A DNA stretch of 63,419 bases, the filler included, from Octopus bimaculoides (Eukaryota), in the NCBI RefSeq assembly GCF_001194135.2. It is 5 parts of 4 records of this genome, joined end to end, with 100 filler letters (N's around TTAATTAATTAA, not from the genome) between each part and the next. Parts side by side here need not be neighbours in the genome. Positions count along the whole stretch, not along the records: positions 62,304 to 63,419 come from NC_069005.1; 4 more parts are not named here. One strand, given 5' to 3'. Below, piece after piece: positions 63,162 through 63,419 of the stretch (positions are counted from its first letter, which is position 1; each line of letters starts with the position of its first letter). The notes under the pieces were generated by a model. It saw nothing but the letters and a program-made list of their open reading frames with translations. It had not been told where the DNA came from and did no database searches. A program made the translations under genes and the position numbers.

Positions 63162-63419
63162 GTGGAGGCGCAATGGCCCAGTGGTTAGGGCAGCGGACTC
63201 GCGGTCATAGGATCGCGGTTTCGATTCCCAGACCGGGCGTTGTGAGTGTTTATTGAGCGAAAACGCCTAGAGCTCCACGAGGCTCCGGCAGGGGATGGTG
63301 GCGAACCCTGCTGTACTCTTTCACCACAACTTTCTCTCACTCTTACTTCCTGTTTGTGTTGTGCCTGTAATTCAAAGGGTCAGCCTTGTCACACTGTGTC
63401 ACGCTGAATATCCCCGAGA
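63162..63419 (+). mobile_element. SINE family B, truncated by window end
   Basis: tRNA-like head with A/B-box-like motifs; body matches 48562-48732 and 50061-50170. Confidence 0.92.

Overview
Eukaryotic, AT-rich, repeat-dominated DNA with many assembly gaps. The tRNA-headed SINE families, RTE/CR1/R4-Dong LINEs and dense (TA)n/(CA)n/(TACA)n microsatellites point to an octopus genome (inference from recalled repeat families). I cannot confidently identify any host protein-coding gene. Most ORFs in the track are microsatellite, N-gap or transposon-fragment artefacts. Supported content: several tRNA-derived SINE families (labelled A, B, C, G, H here); LINE remnants (R4/Dong, CR1-like, RTE, Penelope); Tc1/mariner remnants of three catalytic spacings (DD34D, DD37D, DD41D) plus Tigger; Helitron remnants including a 91-bp minimal element; a solo LTR; MITEs and fold-back elements; and a tRNA-Val pseudogene. 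Four identical N44-TTAATTAATTAA-N44 linkers split the window into five blocks whose adjacency is unproven. I found no clear undescribed multi-gene system. The best leads are a pre-miRNA-like hairpin (4372-4435), microsatellite-targeted R4/Dong insertions using SINE tails as landing pads, a shared 3' tail between SINE A and a CR1-like LINE, two long fold-backs, an unclassified palindrome-dense segment (33.9-36 kb) and an in-frame Helitron/Dong chimeric ORF. Coordinates of degenerate repeats are approximate.
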